Shown here: one piece after another, positions 50,137 to 62,850 of the stretch | Numbering within the stretch: position 1 is the stretch's first letter | How the letters are laid out: each line of letters begins with the position of its first letter | Source of the DNA: Octopus bimaculoides | Taxonomy: Eukaryota | NCBI RefSeq assembly: GCF_001194135.2 | Contig: NC_068984.1 | Location: 11,738,266-11,802,265, forward strand | Length of the DNA: 64,000 nt | Direction of reading: 5' to 3' | Program-made: the position numbers and the translations under genes | Notes under the pieces: generated by a model | What the model saw: only the letters and a program-made list of their open reading frames with translations | What the model was told of the DNA's origin: nothing | Databases searched by the model: none

Positions 50137-51079
50137 ATCTTTTATATAAATATAATAAATGAAGATATTTCTTCCATCTGACTGCTTTTCTTTCTACAAA
50201 ACTGGAAGTTACTTTGCGGAACAGTTATTTTAAAGAGCTGTATTAATTTATCACCCAACAAGATACATCTGCACCGCCGGATGCTCCCGAACCAGTTGTT
50301 GAGTGTCCCACCCATGAGGGACCAATGCTAGATGTGTCGAAACAATTGTCGTGATTAATAATGAATTCTCATATATTCCATCTTCCGTCTTACATTTGCC
50401 GTGTTTGTGTGTGTGTGTGTGTTTCCCACTACCACTTGACAACCTGTGCTGGTGTGCTTACTTCCCTGTAACTTAGCAGTTTGGCAAGTGTGACCGATAG
50501 AATAAGTACCAAGCTTAAAAAAAAGTACTGAGTCAATTCATTCAACTAAAAATTCTTCAAAGCAGTGCTCCAGCAAGGCCACAGTTTAATGACAGAAGCA
50601 ATAATATATAAGAGAAGGCAATGAGCACAAAATGAAGAAGAGACAAGTTTTAACAAATATATTTGTTTAACATTTAAAAAAAGATAGAGGGGGGAAAAAA
50701 TCTTGATATTTCAAACGCTTTTCCCTCATCAGAAGAAAAACAGAAAAGAATAAAATGGGTGAGAAACAGTGGTTGGAAAGAGACAAAGAAAAAAAGGGCT
50801 ATGGGCCTAATAGGGTGAGGGGGTATTAAGAAAGGAGGAGGAGGCATGGTGAACGTGTGCATATATAGGATGGCATCCATGTACAGAGACTGGTATGAGT
50901 GGTGGTATGGGGAACATGTGATTCCTTGGGGTATGAACTGGTGTGCAAGTGTGTGATTGTAGCAGCATGGGACAGTGGGGGTGTGGGAGGAGTGTGTGCA
51001 GATGTAATCATATTGTATGTGGGAGGAGATGTATGTCTGTTAGTGCATGCATACATGTTTGTATGTTTGTGCTTGTATC

Positions 51080-51565
51080 ATCATCATTGTCATCATTTAA
51101 CGTCTGCTTTCCTTGCTGGTATGGGTTGGACGGTTTAACTGAGGACTGACAAGCCAGAAGGCTGCACTAGGCTCCAATCCGATCTGGCAATGTTTCTACA
51201 GTTGGATGCCCTTCCTAATGCCAACCACTCTGAGAGTGTTGCGAGTGCTTTTTATGTGCCACTGGCATGAGGGCCAGTCCAGTGGTACTGACATCGACCA
51301 CGCTCGAATGGTGCCTTTTACATGCCACCGGCACAGGACCAGTCAGGCAGCACTGGCATCGATCATGTTCGAATGGTGCTTTTTATGTGCCATCGGCACA
51401 GGTGCCAATCAGGTGGCACTGTCATCGGCCACGACAACAACTTCACTTGCCTCAACAGGCCTTCGCAAGCACAGTTTATTGCCCAATGATAGAAGGGTAG
51501 TCTTAAATGGGCTGGTTACGCTGCACTGGCATAGGCCATGGTTACGGTCTCACTTGGCTTGTCAT
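51080..51565 (-). mobile_element. RTE LINE 3' UTR copy reaching the ORF stop region
   Basis: (cat)n tail, internal tandem units, and ends at tctcacttggcttgtc, which is the reverse complement of the ORF end. Confidence 0.8.
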
Positions 51566-53238
51566 GTATGTATGTGTGTATATATATGTATGTATGTATG
51601 TATGGATGGATGGATGGGCGTATGTATGTGTGTATGAACTGGTGTGTTAAGTTGTGACCTTTGTGTCAAAAGATTGATAAAGTACTGAACTGAAATAAGT
51701 ACTGAGGCTGATATGATAAAGTAACACTCTTGAAGGGGGTGGTACCCCGGCATGGCTGTAGTCCAATGACTGGATCCAGTAAAAGAGTAAAACTATTCCT
51801 TACTAACCATTTTTTTTTTTTAAATAGCCCAAATGTATCAAACAGACAGAAGGAAGGGAAAATTCTACATGCTTACAAAATACAATATTACAAAAACAAA
51901 TTGTCACAGAAGTAGGAAACAAACAAAATACTATGGCAAGATATCTAATTATTATTATTATTATTATATGCAAGCACGAAGTGGTGGGCTGGCAGAATTG
52001 TTACTGTACCAAGTAAAATGCTTAACAGTATTTTATCTATCTTTATGATCATCATCATCATCGTCATTTAATATCCATTGCCCATGCTGGCATGAGTTTG
52101 ACTTGGCTGGCACGCTGGAAGGCTGCACCAGGCTCCAGTCTGATTTGGCATGGTTTCCTATGGCTGGATGCCCTTCCTAATGCCAACCACTCCAAGAGTG
52201 TAATGGGTGCTTTTATGTGCCACCGGCATGGGTGCCATTTGCATGACACTGACATGCATTTATATGCCAACTTGCGTGACACTGGTATCTGCCACGACTG
52301 TGATTTTGCTCAGCTTGATCGGTCTTCTCGAGCACGACATAATGCCAAAGGTCTTGGTCATTGCCTCTGTCAACCCCAATGCTCAAAAGGAACTCGACCA
52401 CTTTGCCTCCATCAGGCCCAACGCTCGAAAGGAACTTGGCCACTTTGCCTCCATGTTGAGTTCAAATTCTGTTGAGGTTAATTTTACTTTTCCTCCTTTT
52501 GTAATCAATAAAATAAGTATTAGTTGAGCACTAGGGTCAATGTAATCAACTAGTCCCCTCCAGCAAAATTTCAGGCCTTGTGCCTATAGTGGAAAGGATA
52601 ATATGTAAGTACAGGAATAGCTTTGTGGTCAAGAAGCTTACTTTGCAACCACATGGTCTAAGGTTCAGTCCCACTGCATAGCACCTTGAGCAAGTGTCAT
52701 GCCCCAAGCTGACCAATACCTTGTAAGTGAATTTCGTAGACAGAAGTGCCTTTCAAGTGAATTTGGAAACCCGTGTTATTTTTCTGTCTTTTTCTAAATG
52801 CGCATTTTCATTCAAACATTGGTCGCATCGAATGCAGTAACTAAACTGTCTTGTGGTTTTTACCAACACCAGATTCAGAATTGGCAAAATAAATTGATAT
52901 TTTAGTCAAGAAGCCCTGGGTAGCAGTATTTCACTAGGCTTTTTGTGGGCCGAGATACGTGACATATTGCTGTACTTGAGAAGATCTGCCCACCACAACA
53001 GAATTGAGATCCTAAAACCAAGGTACCACATAAAAAGCACTGATGATGCCACATAAAAAGCATCCAGTACAATGAGGAGTGGTTGGCATTAGGAAGGGCA
53101 TCCAGCTGTAGAAACCAAGCCAAAACAGACGACAGAACCTGGTGCGGCTCCTGGCCCTACAAGTTCTTATTAAGCCAGGCCAGCATGGAAAACTTACATT
53201 AGATGATGATGATAATGATGATGATAATGATGATTTAA

Positions 53239-53449
53239 CCCTTTTATTATATTTCTGCTGAAATATATTTTCAATTAACTTTGGAAACAATAAAGAGTCT
53301 AATAAAACAACTTTGTCATAATTCTCTGGTGTTTGGAACATAAATTTTGCTGAAATTTTGAAGTAAGGTTTTTAATTTAGATCGCTTTAAAACAGAATGT
53401 TTGTATCATAAAATCAAGGGTGCTTTCAGGCATGTTGGTATCAAAAGGG
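53239..53449. mobile_element. piggyBac-type MITE (CCCTTTT...AAAAGGG, TTAA/TTGA flanks)
   Basis: Terminal inverted repeats begin CCC, with TTAA on the left and TTGA on the right. The body is related to 10050-10426, 34320-34460 and 54090-54650. Confidence 0.7.
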
Positions 53450-54089
53450 TTGAATGGAATGGTGTCTCTTTACATGTGCCATTTCTTTCCCTGTTAGTTT
53501 TTGGAATCAGAATTTTGTTTCTTCAAGCCTTGGCTGGCTTCTTGCCAAGACTAATGAGCATCCAATTATATTATTGGCACATATTATTGCCCTTGGGAAG
53601 ATGAAAGGCTAATTCAACATTGGAGAGGAAGTTTTAGCACACTAGGGTTCTAGGCAGTGTTTTTTCCATTGGTAGCAGTTAATTGTTTTATTTGTAGATA
53701 TATATCAAACAACATTTTCAAGGACAAAAGATTATTGAACCTGGTGATGTGGTGATAGTCATTCTTTTACCTCTTATTTATGCAGGCATAAGAATCAAGC
53801 AGATAAAGAATTCTTGATGTGATCATTAGAAGAACTAGAAATAGCAGCTGAATCATCTTCAAATTATACCTTACATTTTGAAAAGGGAGAGATACATATT
53901 CAATAATGTTGTTCTAGATACACAATGCCAGAGAGAAAACAGGAGAATCATAGTTGGAATGCATTTTGATCGTAGTTCTATCACCTTGGCTAAACACCAA
54001 CAAAAGCCATCACAACAGCATGATAATCAAAGCCTTTCTTTTTGCTGTTATTTTTGATCATTGTAAAAAAAACAAATATTGAAAACTCA

Positions 54090-54650
54090 ATCCTTCTGAT
54101 ATCAACCTGCTCCAGACTGTCCTGGCTTCTACGATACAAAATTCATATTTTAAAATAAATTAAAACCTTCCATTAGAATTTTGGGTTAATTTATGTTCCA
54201 AACACCAGCTTAATGGTCCTTTCTGTTATAGGCACAAAACTTGAAATTGTTGGGGAGAAGGCAAGTTGATAACATCAACCCAAGTGTCAACTGGTACTCA
54301 CTCACCAAACTGAAAGGATGAAAGGTAAATTCAATTTTGGCAGAATTTGAACCCAGGACATAAAGACGGACGAAATGCTGCCAAGAATAACAATTCTGCC
54401 AGCTCACTACCTTAAACACCAACTCAATATTGATTGATGTCCAATATTTTTTTTTAAATCTGGATCTACACCATCTCACCCGGTTTTGGAAATCCTCCCT
54501 CCTCAAGCCAACCTTCCCAATCTTCTCCCCCCACCTGTCCCCTCCGCGTTTTCTTTGGTTGACCAAAGTTATTTTAATTCTTCATTATTTTCAAAATTAA
54601 TTGAAACAAAGGCATTGTATTCCAAAAGAAATATGGTAACAAAAGGGCTA
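54090..54650. mobile_element. piggyBac-type MITE interrupted by a family B SINE and a LINE fragment
   Basis: The MITE body breaks at aaacaccagcttaat, resumes at gaccaaagttatttt and ends ggtaacaaaagggctaa. Confidence 0.65.
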
Positions 54651-55424
54651 AAAAGCAATAACAATGTTAAGAAGGACTAAATTATTTCTTAAAGAAAATT
54701 GTGTTATTTTTCACCAGTGGTTTCACAACATGTTTTTTTGGTTACTGCTAAGCCAGAAGAGGAAGGGCACAGCCCATGGCCCTTGGCTGCAGGGTCTCTG
54801 AAACTGATGAGGGTATCTTCAGACCAACAACCTAATCCAAACACTTGCAGCATTACAGTAAATTGGCAGAGCCCTTAATACATGGGATATAAAAATTTCA
54901 ACATCAAGTAATAAATGATTAAGTGACATTAACAGCTTTTGTGTATTTTTGAATGGTTAGAATGAATCTTCCATGCTGTAATTGCTTTAATTTCAACACA
55001 CGGTCTCAGATCGAATCAATTACCAGCACATCTCTAAAATACACTCATCCAGTTATCTCCATTCTCTTATTTAGTATAAACCTGAAAAAGGGCACCAACT
55101 GTCTGTCTGTCTCTCTCTTTCTAACTAATGAATGGGAAAATCACAGCTCATCAAAGTATGTTTGTGCATTTATGTAAATGTCTATACATGAAACACTGTT
55201 TTAAGTAATTGTGCAACTTTGGTATAATAAAATATTAGATCACCAAAATACCCTAGCATGTGCACCAGCATACCAGATGCCCTGCAAAGCATCACCATCA
55301 TTTAATGTCCACTTTCTATGCTGCCATGGGTTGGACAGTTTGACAGGGGCTGCACCTGTTGCTTTTGACATGTTTTCTCCAGCTGGATGCCCTTCTTAAC
55401 ACCAACCAATTTAGAGAATACTGG

Positions 55425-55950
55425 AGGCGATGACGAGTGACCTAGACCTTTGGAGATATGCTGTGCTTGGGAAGACCCGGCAAGCCAAGTGAGAACATAA
55501 CCATAGCCTGTGCCAGTGTAACATAACCAAACCATTTAAGAGTACCCTTCAATCATTGGGCAATAAACTGTGCTTGAGAAGACCTGCTGAGTCAAGTGAA
55601 ATCATTGTCATGGCTGATGCCAGTACTACTGGTGGCACGTAAAAAGCACCATTTGAGCAAGGTCATTGTCAGTGCTGCCTGACTGGCTCCCATGCCGGTG
55701 GCACATAAAATGCACCATGCAAGCGTGGTCGATGCCAGTACTGCCTGACTGACGCTCATGCTAGTGGGATGTAAAAAGCACCCACTACACTCTTGGAGTG
55801 GTTGGCATTAGGAAGGGCATCCAGCTGCAAAAACCTTACCAGATCAGATTGGAGCCTGGTACAGCCTTCTGGCTTGCCAATCCTAAGTCAAACTCTCCAA
55901 CCCATGCCAGCATGGAAAGTGAATGTTAAACGATGATAATGATGATGATG
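55425..55950 (+). mobile_element. RTE LINE 3' end with ORF tail, internal tandem units and (GAT)n tail
   Basis: Same ORF end as the 21.8 kb copy (EAMTSDLDLWRYAVLGKTRQAK*), then the UTR ending in aacgatgataatgatgatgatg. Confidence 0.85.
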
Positions 55951-56273
55951 GGTATTTTTTTACGTGGCACTAGCACCGGTGCCTTTTATGTGGCATCTAC
56001 ACTTACCACAGAGGCTGCTAGAACCAACCAATATCAGGCATACTTTATTGGAGTTGGTAAACTAGTTAATTTGTATTAGAAATGCTAACTTTTTTCTTAC
56101 CAACAGACAATGAATAAATAGTTTGAAGAGAACCATAACAGACTTATTTATTCTTATTAATATTTAATGACCAACCTTTGTTGCTAAAGACTTGGTTAAT
56201 TGATAATATTTCAATTAAAAAACTGCTTAAAGCATTTTTTAAAGTTAATTAAGTTTAAAATAAAGATATGTAT

Positions 56274-56585
56274 TATTATGGAGATGTACTTGCATAGCAA
56301 GTGACCTGATCTGAGATCATATGCTGAAACAAAAACAATTGCAGCGTGGAAGATGCTTATAAGTGATTTGAAAAAACACAAAAACCATTTGATTTACTTC
56401 GACATTTAAATTTAATTTGTCAAAATATTTTTGTCGTTTTGAGATCGCAACCTGTTCACTGACAAAATTCCGTGCTGCACAGAATTTTTTCAGTGAACAG
56501 GTTACGGTCTCAAAACAACAAAAATATTTTGACAAATAAAATTTAAATGTCGAAGTAAATCAAATGGTTTTTGTGTGTTTTTTTG
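56274..56585. mobile_element. Fold-back (palindromic) element with arms of about 100 bp centred on 56476
   Basis: 56371-56475 is nearly the exact reverse complement of 56477-56583. A half copy lies at 35276-35460 and a fragment at about 54970-55030. Confidence 0.8.
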
Positions 56586-57294
56586 AATATGTATTATGTT
56601 CGATATATATTATAGGCAATAAAAGTTACGTTAACAAAATAATTTAATAATGTACAATATACTGTATATATTCAAATTATATATTGCACAATATACAGAA
56701 ATATAAAAATGATATAAATACGTTTTTTTTTTAAATTTTATAATGGAATATAAAGATAGGTGATGGTGAGAGTTAATACATTTGATAGACAAAAGATAAA
56801 ATATTTGATTAGGAAGATTTTGGCAGAATATTGCAAAAGTTAGAATAGTATATTTAGATTAAGGGTGGAGGATTGGAAGTACCATTAGAGCATCAGACAA
56901 AATGCCTTGTGATATATCTTTTAATTAGACTATGGTCATGCTGGGGCACTGCCTTGAAGAATTTTCAGTACTTATTTGATCAATTTCTTTTGCTGAACAA
57001 CTAAGTGAAGGGGATTTAAGCACACCAACACAAAGACTGATGTCGCCTCCTGGTCCACCAGTCCTCAGTCAAATCGTTCAACCCATGCTAGCATGGAAAG
57101 CGGACGTTAAACGATGATGATGATGACACACGGCAGGCTTCTTTCACTTTCCATCTACTAAATTCACCCACAAATCTTTGGTCGGCCTGGAGTTACGGTA
57201 GAAAACACTTGCCCATGGTGCCACACAGTGGTACTGAACCTGGGACCATGTGGTTGGGAAGCAAGCTTCTTACCACACAGCCATGCCTACACCA

Positions 57295-57328
<34 letters not shown>

Positions 57329-59012
57329 AGGCCTCCATCTGATAAGTGATGGGAATGTAAACAAACCAACAACATTTGTCAACCAGTAGTGGAGCATACA
57401 TACATACATTCGCCATGATAGATCGCTAACCACTAAACCGTCTTCTATTTTCTCTCCCTGTTTATTTCTGTGTTCCTTTCTGTCGAAGAGCATAAGCTTG
57501 AAACGTAAAAAACTTTCTCACTTCCCAAGCATTAAACTAATACATTTGTTTGTTGTTTACATACCTGTCTTTGTCTTTTGTTTTTGTAAATTCTCACCAA
57601 ACATTCATATATATCTATATATGTATATATATACATATATATATATATACACATATACAGGACAGGCTTCTATCAGTGTCCATCTAACCAAATCTACTCA
57701 CAAGGCTTTGGACAACCTGAGGCTATAATAGAAGACACTTGCCCAAGGTGCCACATTGTGGGACTAAACTAGAATCTTGATGGTTATGAAGCAACCAACA
57801 TAGCCTTATAGATAAGCTATTGTATTCCAGTTCATTAATTCTTTATCTCACTGGGTTGTGCACTTAACTTTACAAATATCAATTCACCTGACTATGTTAT
57901 CTGCAGTCCTTACAGGATATAGATTTGTCTCCTGACTATTGACTTAGTGATTGTTTCATCACTATTTTAGCAAGTACAGAGAAGTCTATGTTTCATTGAT
58001 TCACAACATCATATGATCAAAACATTTCATCATCATCATCGTTTAACGTCCACTTTCCATGCTAGCATAGGTTGGACAATTTGAATGTGGACTGGTGAAC
58101 CAGGTGGCTACACCTGGATCACCAGTCCAGCAATATTAGTTACTGACTAAAGGCTGCAAGCTGGCAGAATCATTAACACACTGGGCAAAATGCTTAGCAG
58201 TATTTTGTCAATCTTTATGTTCTGAGTTCAAGTTATGCTGAGGTTGACTTTGCCCTTCATCCCTTTGGTGTCAATAAAATAAGTACCAGTTGAACACGGG
58301 GGTCAATTTAACTGACTTAACCCCTTCCCTAAAACTGCTAGCCTTGTGCCAACATTTGAAACCAATATTAGTCACTGACTAATACTTATTTAGGTTTGTT
58401 TTTCTTAATTATTTCTTGCAAAGCCTTGTCATGTTCCCTGTATATTAAATATGTTAACAGTGGTAAAGGAAGACAGAGAATTCTGTATGACAGTGAAAGT
58501 CATCATCCAGAAAAGAATGTGTTGTTAGTGAAGGAGTGACATAATCAGATTTACTAAGAAACTATTTAGAAAGAATAAGTATCAGATGTTTGCAACTCAC
58601 ATGTCTGTTTGCAAAACCTCCCACTGCTGCCAAAAGCCAGCACTTCCACCACTTGCTTTCCCTTCAACTCTTTCTTTCAAATCAAACAAATCACACAGGC
58701 ACATTCTAACCTCTTCTACTAATTCTGCTTTCAAATTCACCAAGCTAGATATTCTCATTCATTAATTTAATGCACACTTTTCCATGCTAGCATGGGTTGG
58801 ACAGTGACTCAGTCGAGGCAACATCTTACACCTGTATGTCTTTCCTGTTTTTTTTTAAGTAAAAGCTTTTTTATTCCGCAGATCTTCAAAAGTGCAAAAT
58901 GACCAATCATAATACCAAAGAATATAAACATTCACACACACACACAAATTGATACGAGTAGATTACTAAATGACAAGAGAACAGGAGTCAAGTGATCACT
59001 GTCATTAACTCA

Positions 59013-59239
59013 CAGCTGTTTCCGCTATAAGATGCTGTGCACTCAGAGCTAAGTGCTTGTGCAAAATCCTACAGCTTCATCAGTCATTAACATGACATGC
59101 ATGTTTATTTCAGAAGGCATTGTATTTAAAAGCTTTCCAAAATAGACATACACTTCATTTTAAAGGCTCCATGGAAGCTATAAGGTGATGCACAAGCACT
59201 CTACTCTGTGTACATTGTCCCATCTAGCAGAAACAGCTG
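59013..59239. mobile_element. Tc1/mariner-like MITE, 227 bp
   Basis: TIRs cagctgtttccgctataagatg and catctagcagaaacagctg. The right flank is TA and the left flank is CA. Confidence 0.55.
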
Positions 59240-59764
59240 TAACGAAAGTGATTGCATGATTCCTGTTCTTGTGTCATTCATTAATTAGTATTACTTTCTG
59301 TACTTGCCTAATGCTTTACTGTAAAGCATATTGCATTCTAACTACTGATACTTAATATCAACATGCCTTTTTACCTTCTTCAGTCACTTGACTGTGGCCT
59401 TGAAAGATTTTAGTCAAACTGACCCACAGGACCTTTTTGGTTTTTTGGCTGGTACTTATTCTATCAGTATCTTTTGCTAAATTGCTAAGTTACGGTGACT
59501 TAAACAAACCAACACTGTCAAGTGGTGATGGTGGGGGGAGACAAATACATACACAAAGATGCACGCACACACAGATATATATACATATATATATATATGA
59601 TGGGCTTCTTTTAGTTTCCATCTACTAACTCCAGTGACAAAGCTTTGGTAAGTCCAAGGATATAGAAGACACTTACCCAAGGTGCTATACAGTGAGACTG
59701 AACCCAGAACCATGTAGTTGGGAAGCAAGTTTCTTACCAAAGAGCCATACATATACCCAGGTCT

Positions 59765-60440
59765 ATTCCCCATATTTTTTAGGAGGGGGTAGCCACAGCA
59801 AGACACACATCAGGCATTCCATTCATTTCCCAACTCAAAGGGGCGAGTCCCGTTTTATGCTCGGGTCAAGGCATAGAACACAACCCCCAATATCAGCAGT
59901 GGGACCTGACAGCATATGCTGGTTTACCCCCGCCACATCTTACTGGTTCCATACCCCTTTGAGCAACATCAAAACTCATGCATCCGTCCACAAACACTCT
60001 CCAAGCTTTCCTATCATTTATAAACTCATTTGCCTCTCTCACTCCAACACCTCTAACTACCAAAGCTTTCCTCACTCCATCCATCCATCCACACAAACCG
60101 AGGTCTGCCTACCACTTCAGCCTTCATCACTCTCCTTACCATCTGCTCCTCATCCATCCTCTCCATATGGCCAAACCACCTCAACATTTGTCTATCCAAT
60201 TTGTTTGTTGGTTTTTCTTTCAATCCTGCTCGTCTTTGCACCTCCTCATTCCCCATCCTGTCCATCTGTCACACCAACCACAGCCCTCAGACATCTCATC
60301 TCAAACACATCTAGTTGCCTCCTTCCCGCCTCTCTCAGCCCCCACAACTCTGCACCATATAACATTGTTGGCACAATCATGCTCTCATACACACCTCTTT
60401 CTGCTTTCATACTCAACATTTTATCGCAGGAGCAAGGAGA
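59765..60440 (-). mobile_element. RTE-clade LINE, 3' part (post-RT C-terminus plus 3' UTR), decayed
   Basis: Peptides GVYESMIVPTMLYGAELWGL...LDVFEMRCLRAV, NEEVQRRAG...LRWFGHMERMDE..MVRRV....V.GRPRFVWMDG and DRKAWR occur across shifted frames. Confidence 0.9.
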
Positions 60441-60924
60441 TTGAGAATCCTCTCCTCCTAGTAAATCCATATTCCTAAAAAGACAGCAAGAAAAAAAAAA
60501 AAACAAACAGCCATACCCACACAAAATCATAATATATATATAAAACAGGCCTCCATCCACCAATTCCATTCACAAAGAATTAGTTGGCCAGGGACTATAG
60601 AAGAAGGCTGAATCTGAAACCATGTGATTGCAAAGCAAACATCTTGGCCTTATAAACTATTGTATTCCAGTTCTCTACAACATTATCTCTTCAGGCAGAG
60701 CACTTAATTTTACAAGTCTCAATTGAATTAACTGACAATGTTATCTGCAGCCTTTATGTGATGTGAATTTGTCTCTTATCTGTTTAACAATACGAAACTG
60801 GAGCTAAACATGAAATGTAAATGTGCTCCTTGCAGCTTTGGCGGCATTAGCAGGAAAGTATCTATAAGAAGCAGTAGGATTGGAACTCAAGACTTATTTT
60901 ATTTTCTAGACAGCAGGCACTTAC

Positions 60925-61004
60925 GGTACCATGCTTTTAATTGCAACACCCATAGGCTTCCATTGGTATATATCATTCAGCAAAACTTGCTCATTAATGA
61001 ACAA
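60925..61004 (-). CDS. Candidate exon LFINEQVLLNDIYQWKPMGVAIKSMV(P)
   Basis: Strong acceptor TGTGTTTCCAG| and donor ACC|GTAAGT. Only one frame is open (phase 0 to 2). I recognise no homology. Confidence 0.3.
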
Positions 61005-62299
61005 CTGGAAACACAAGCAGTACAGAGTCTACTTGCAGGTACATACATCAGTCTGCAGTCAATTATATCGACCTCAGTATTTGAATAGTACTTAACTCCA
61101 GAAGGATGAGAAAATTGACTTCAGAAGGATTTGAACCCAGAACAAAAAAGGCAACAAGCTATTTTGTCAGGTGCTCACACAATACTGCCTTATCTCAGGA
61201 CGTTGGATCTTACAAATACATTACTACAGGATCATGAAAACATGATGGTGCTATGCTATACTGAAGAGATGTCCAACCCAAATAAGAATGGAAAAGCACT
61301 GATGATGATGATGGAAATCAGTAAGAAAAGTTCTCTAAAGAGCCTGCATTGGTCATGATCAACCATATATGTGTGTCAGTATGCACAGGTTCTTGTGGAA
61401 GCCAGGCATTTATCCAGACTTGCAAGTCTCCCCTATCTACACCATCAAACGTCCAGAAAAAGTCCACCAATTTAGGGCCAGTACAGCTGATACAAGTGTT
61501 ATGGCAAATGCTGCTGTCAAAACACAAAGACCAGAACAGATACCGTTGGGTATTTTGTGTGATGCTCCAACAGTTTCACTAATCCACAATACTGGATTGG
61601 TACTCATTTTATCGACCCTAAAAGGATAAAAGGCAAAGTTGACCATAGTGGGATTTGAACTAGGAGAGTAGACAATTGGACGACTTTTAATGTAGTACAG
61701 TTAAATTTACAAACTAAGACCAATTATTCATCTCAGTGTATTTAAGAAGCATCTCCAACTGAGTTAATTTTTTACTTATTTCTACAGGCATATACCTAAA
61801 TTTAAAACTATCTTTTTTATTCACTAAGCTGCCTCTACGGAAGTCATTCGACAATGCTAGAAATAACAGCCAAATTTCACGCTAATCACACACCTTAGCG
61901 TCTTAGACAAGTAAGTCACATAAGGTGATATAGTACTATGTATCCCTAGCAAGCGTGATGGTCGTAGATGGAAAGCATTTCATGGTAGCGTTGCTTAGTC
62001 AAGCTAAACAACCGCCACCTTGCTACTTCTATACTGTATTTCGTTCCGTTAAATTAATTTCTCATACATTCCCACAATACACGACTTTCCAACTCTTTAA
62101 ACTCGAAATTTACCACAAAATTCTCACTCTTTCTTCCTCACCCCCATTTACTCATAAAAGTTTTTCATATATAGTGATGAAAAGAAAGAATTGAAATGTT
62201 AATGTTGAGCGATAATTCCACTTATTAGAATGAAGAAATGCAGTGCCAAACGCCCCTAACCCTTTGCCTGACCAAAGCATTTTCTGAAGTTTGTCCGAA

Positions 62300-62850
62300 A
62301 TGTCCATACTCATTTTCAAACTCTTAGTTGGCACGTGTTTCATACGGTCTTAGTCCCAAGTTACAATAATGGTTGGAAGAAAAAATAGGCAACGATGCAC
62401 GGACGCCAGGGAAATATGTAATACAAAGGATGGACAAAGGATTAAATTCAACTCATACAACTGACTGGAAGAAGTTAGTGGACTTGATAAGTATTGATTA
62501 CAAGTTGAAAGAGTGTGTTGGGTGGATTTGGTAAAGTGTTGAGAATAAGCCCTGGTGAGATCAAACAATAAATGTGACAATAGTTTGAATAAGTAAGAGT
62601 ATTGCGTTGCAAGAACAAAAACCACCTTAATTAGTTGGTACAAGTGGCAGTGTAAAGTCACGCTTAATGACAACCCTTATAATTGCATGTTGGTTAGTTT
62701 TTGTCTCCCCCACAACCAACGGATTTTCTCTGGATGATATTTCCCCACGTAGGAATACTGGGCTACAACATCGGGCATATGAACAATGCTCCAGTATGGA
62801 ACATATCTTTGCAATGTATACAGTTAGCAGCTTCCCATGACAAGTATTTT
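62300..62850 (-). mobile_element. Highly decayed CR1/L2-group LINE C-terminal fragment
   Basis: KLLTVYIAKICSILEHCSYA resembles LLTLYKA.VR..LEYCS.VW. The downstream frames are only weakly similar. Confidence 0.45.

Noticed and set aside
59692-60478. Plus-strand ORFs of 250 and 166 aa, including the longest in the track
   Set aside because: They are antisense shadows of the minus-strand RTE LINE fragment.
61369-61629. 86-aa plus-strand ORF
   Set aside because: It runs into a SINE and has no splice support. At best it is a decayed LINE fragment that I cannot confirm.
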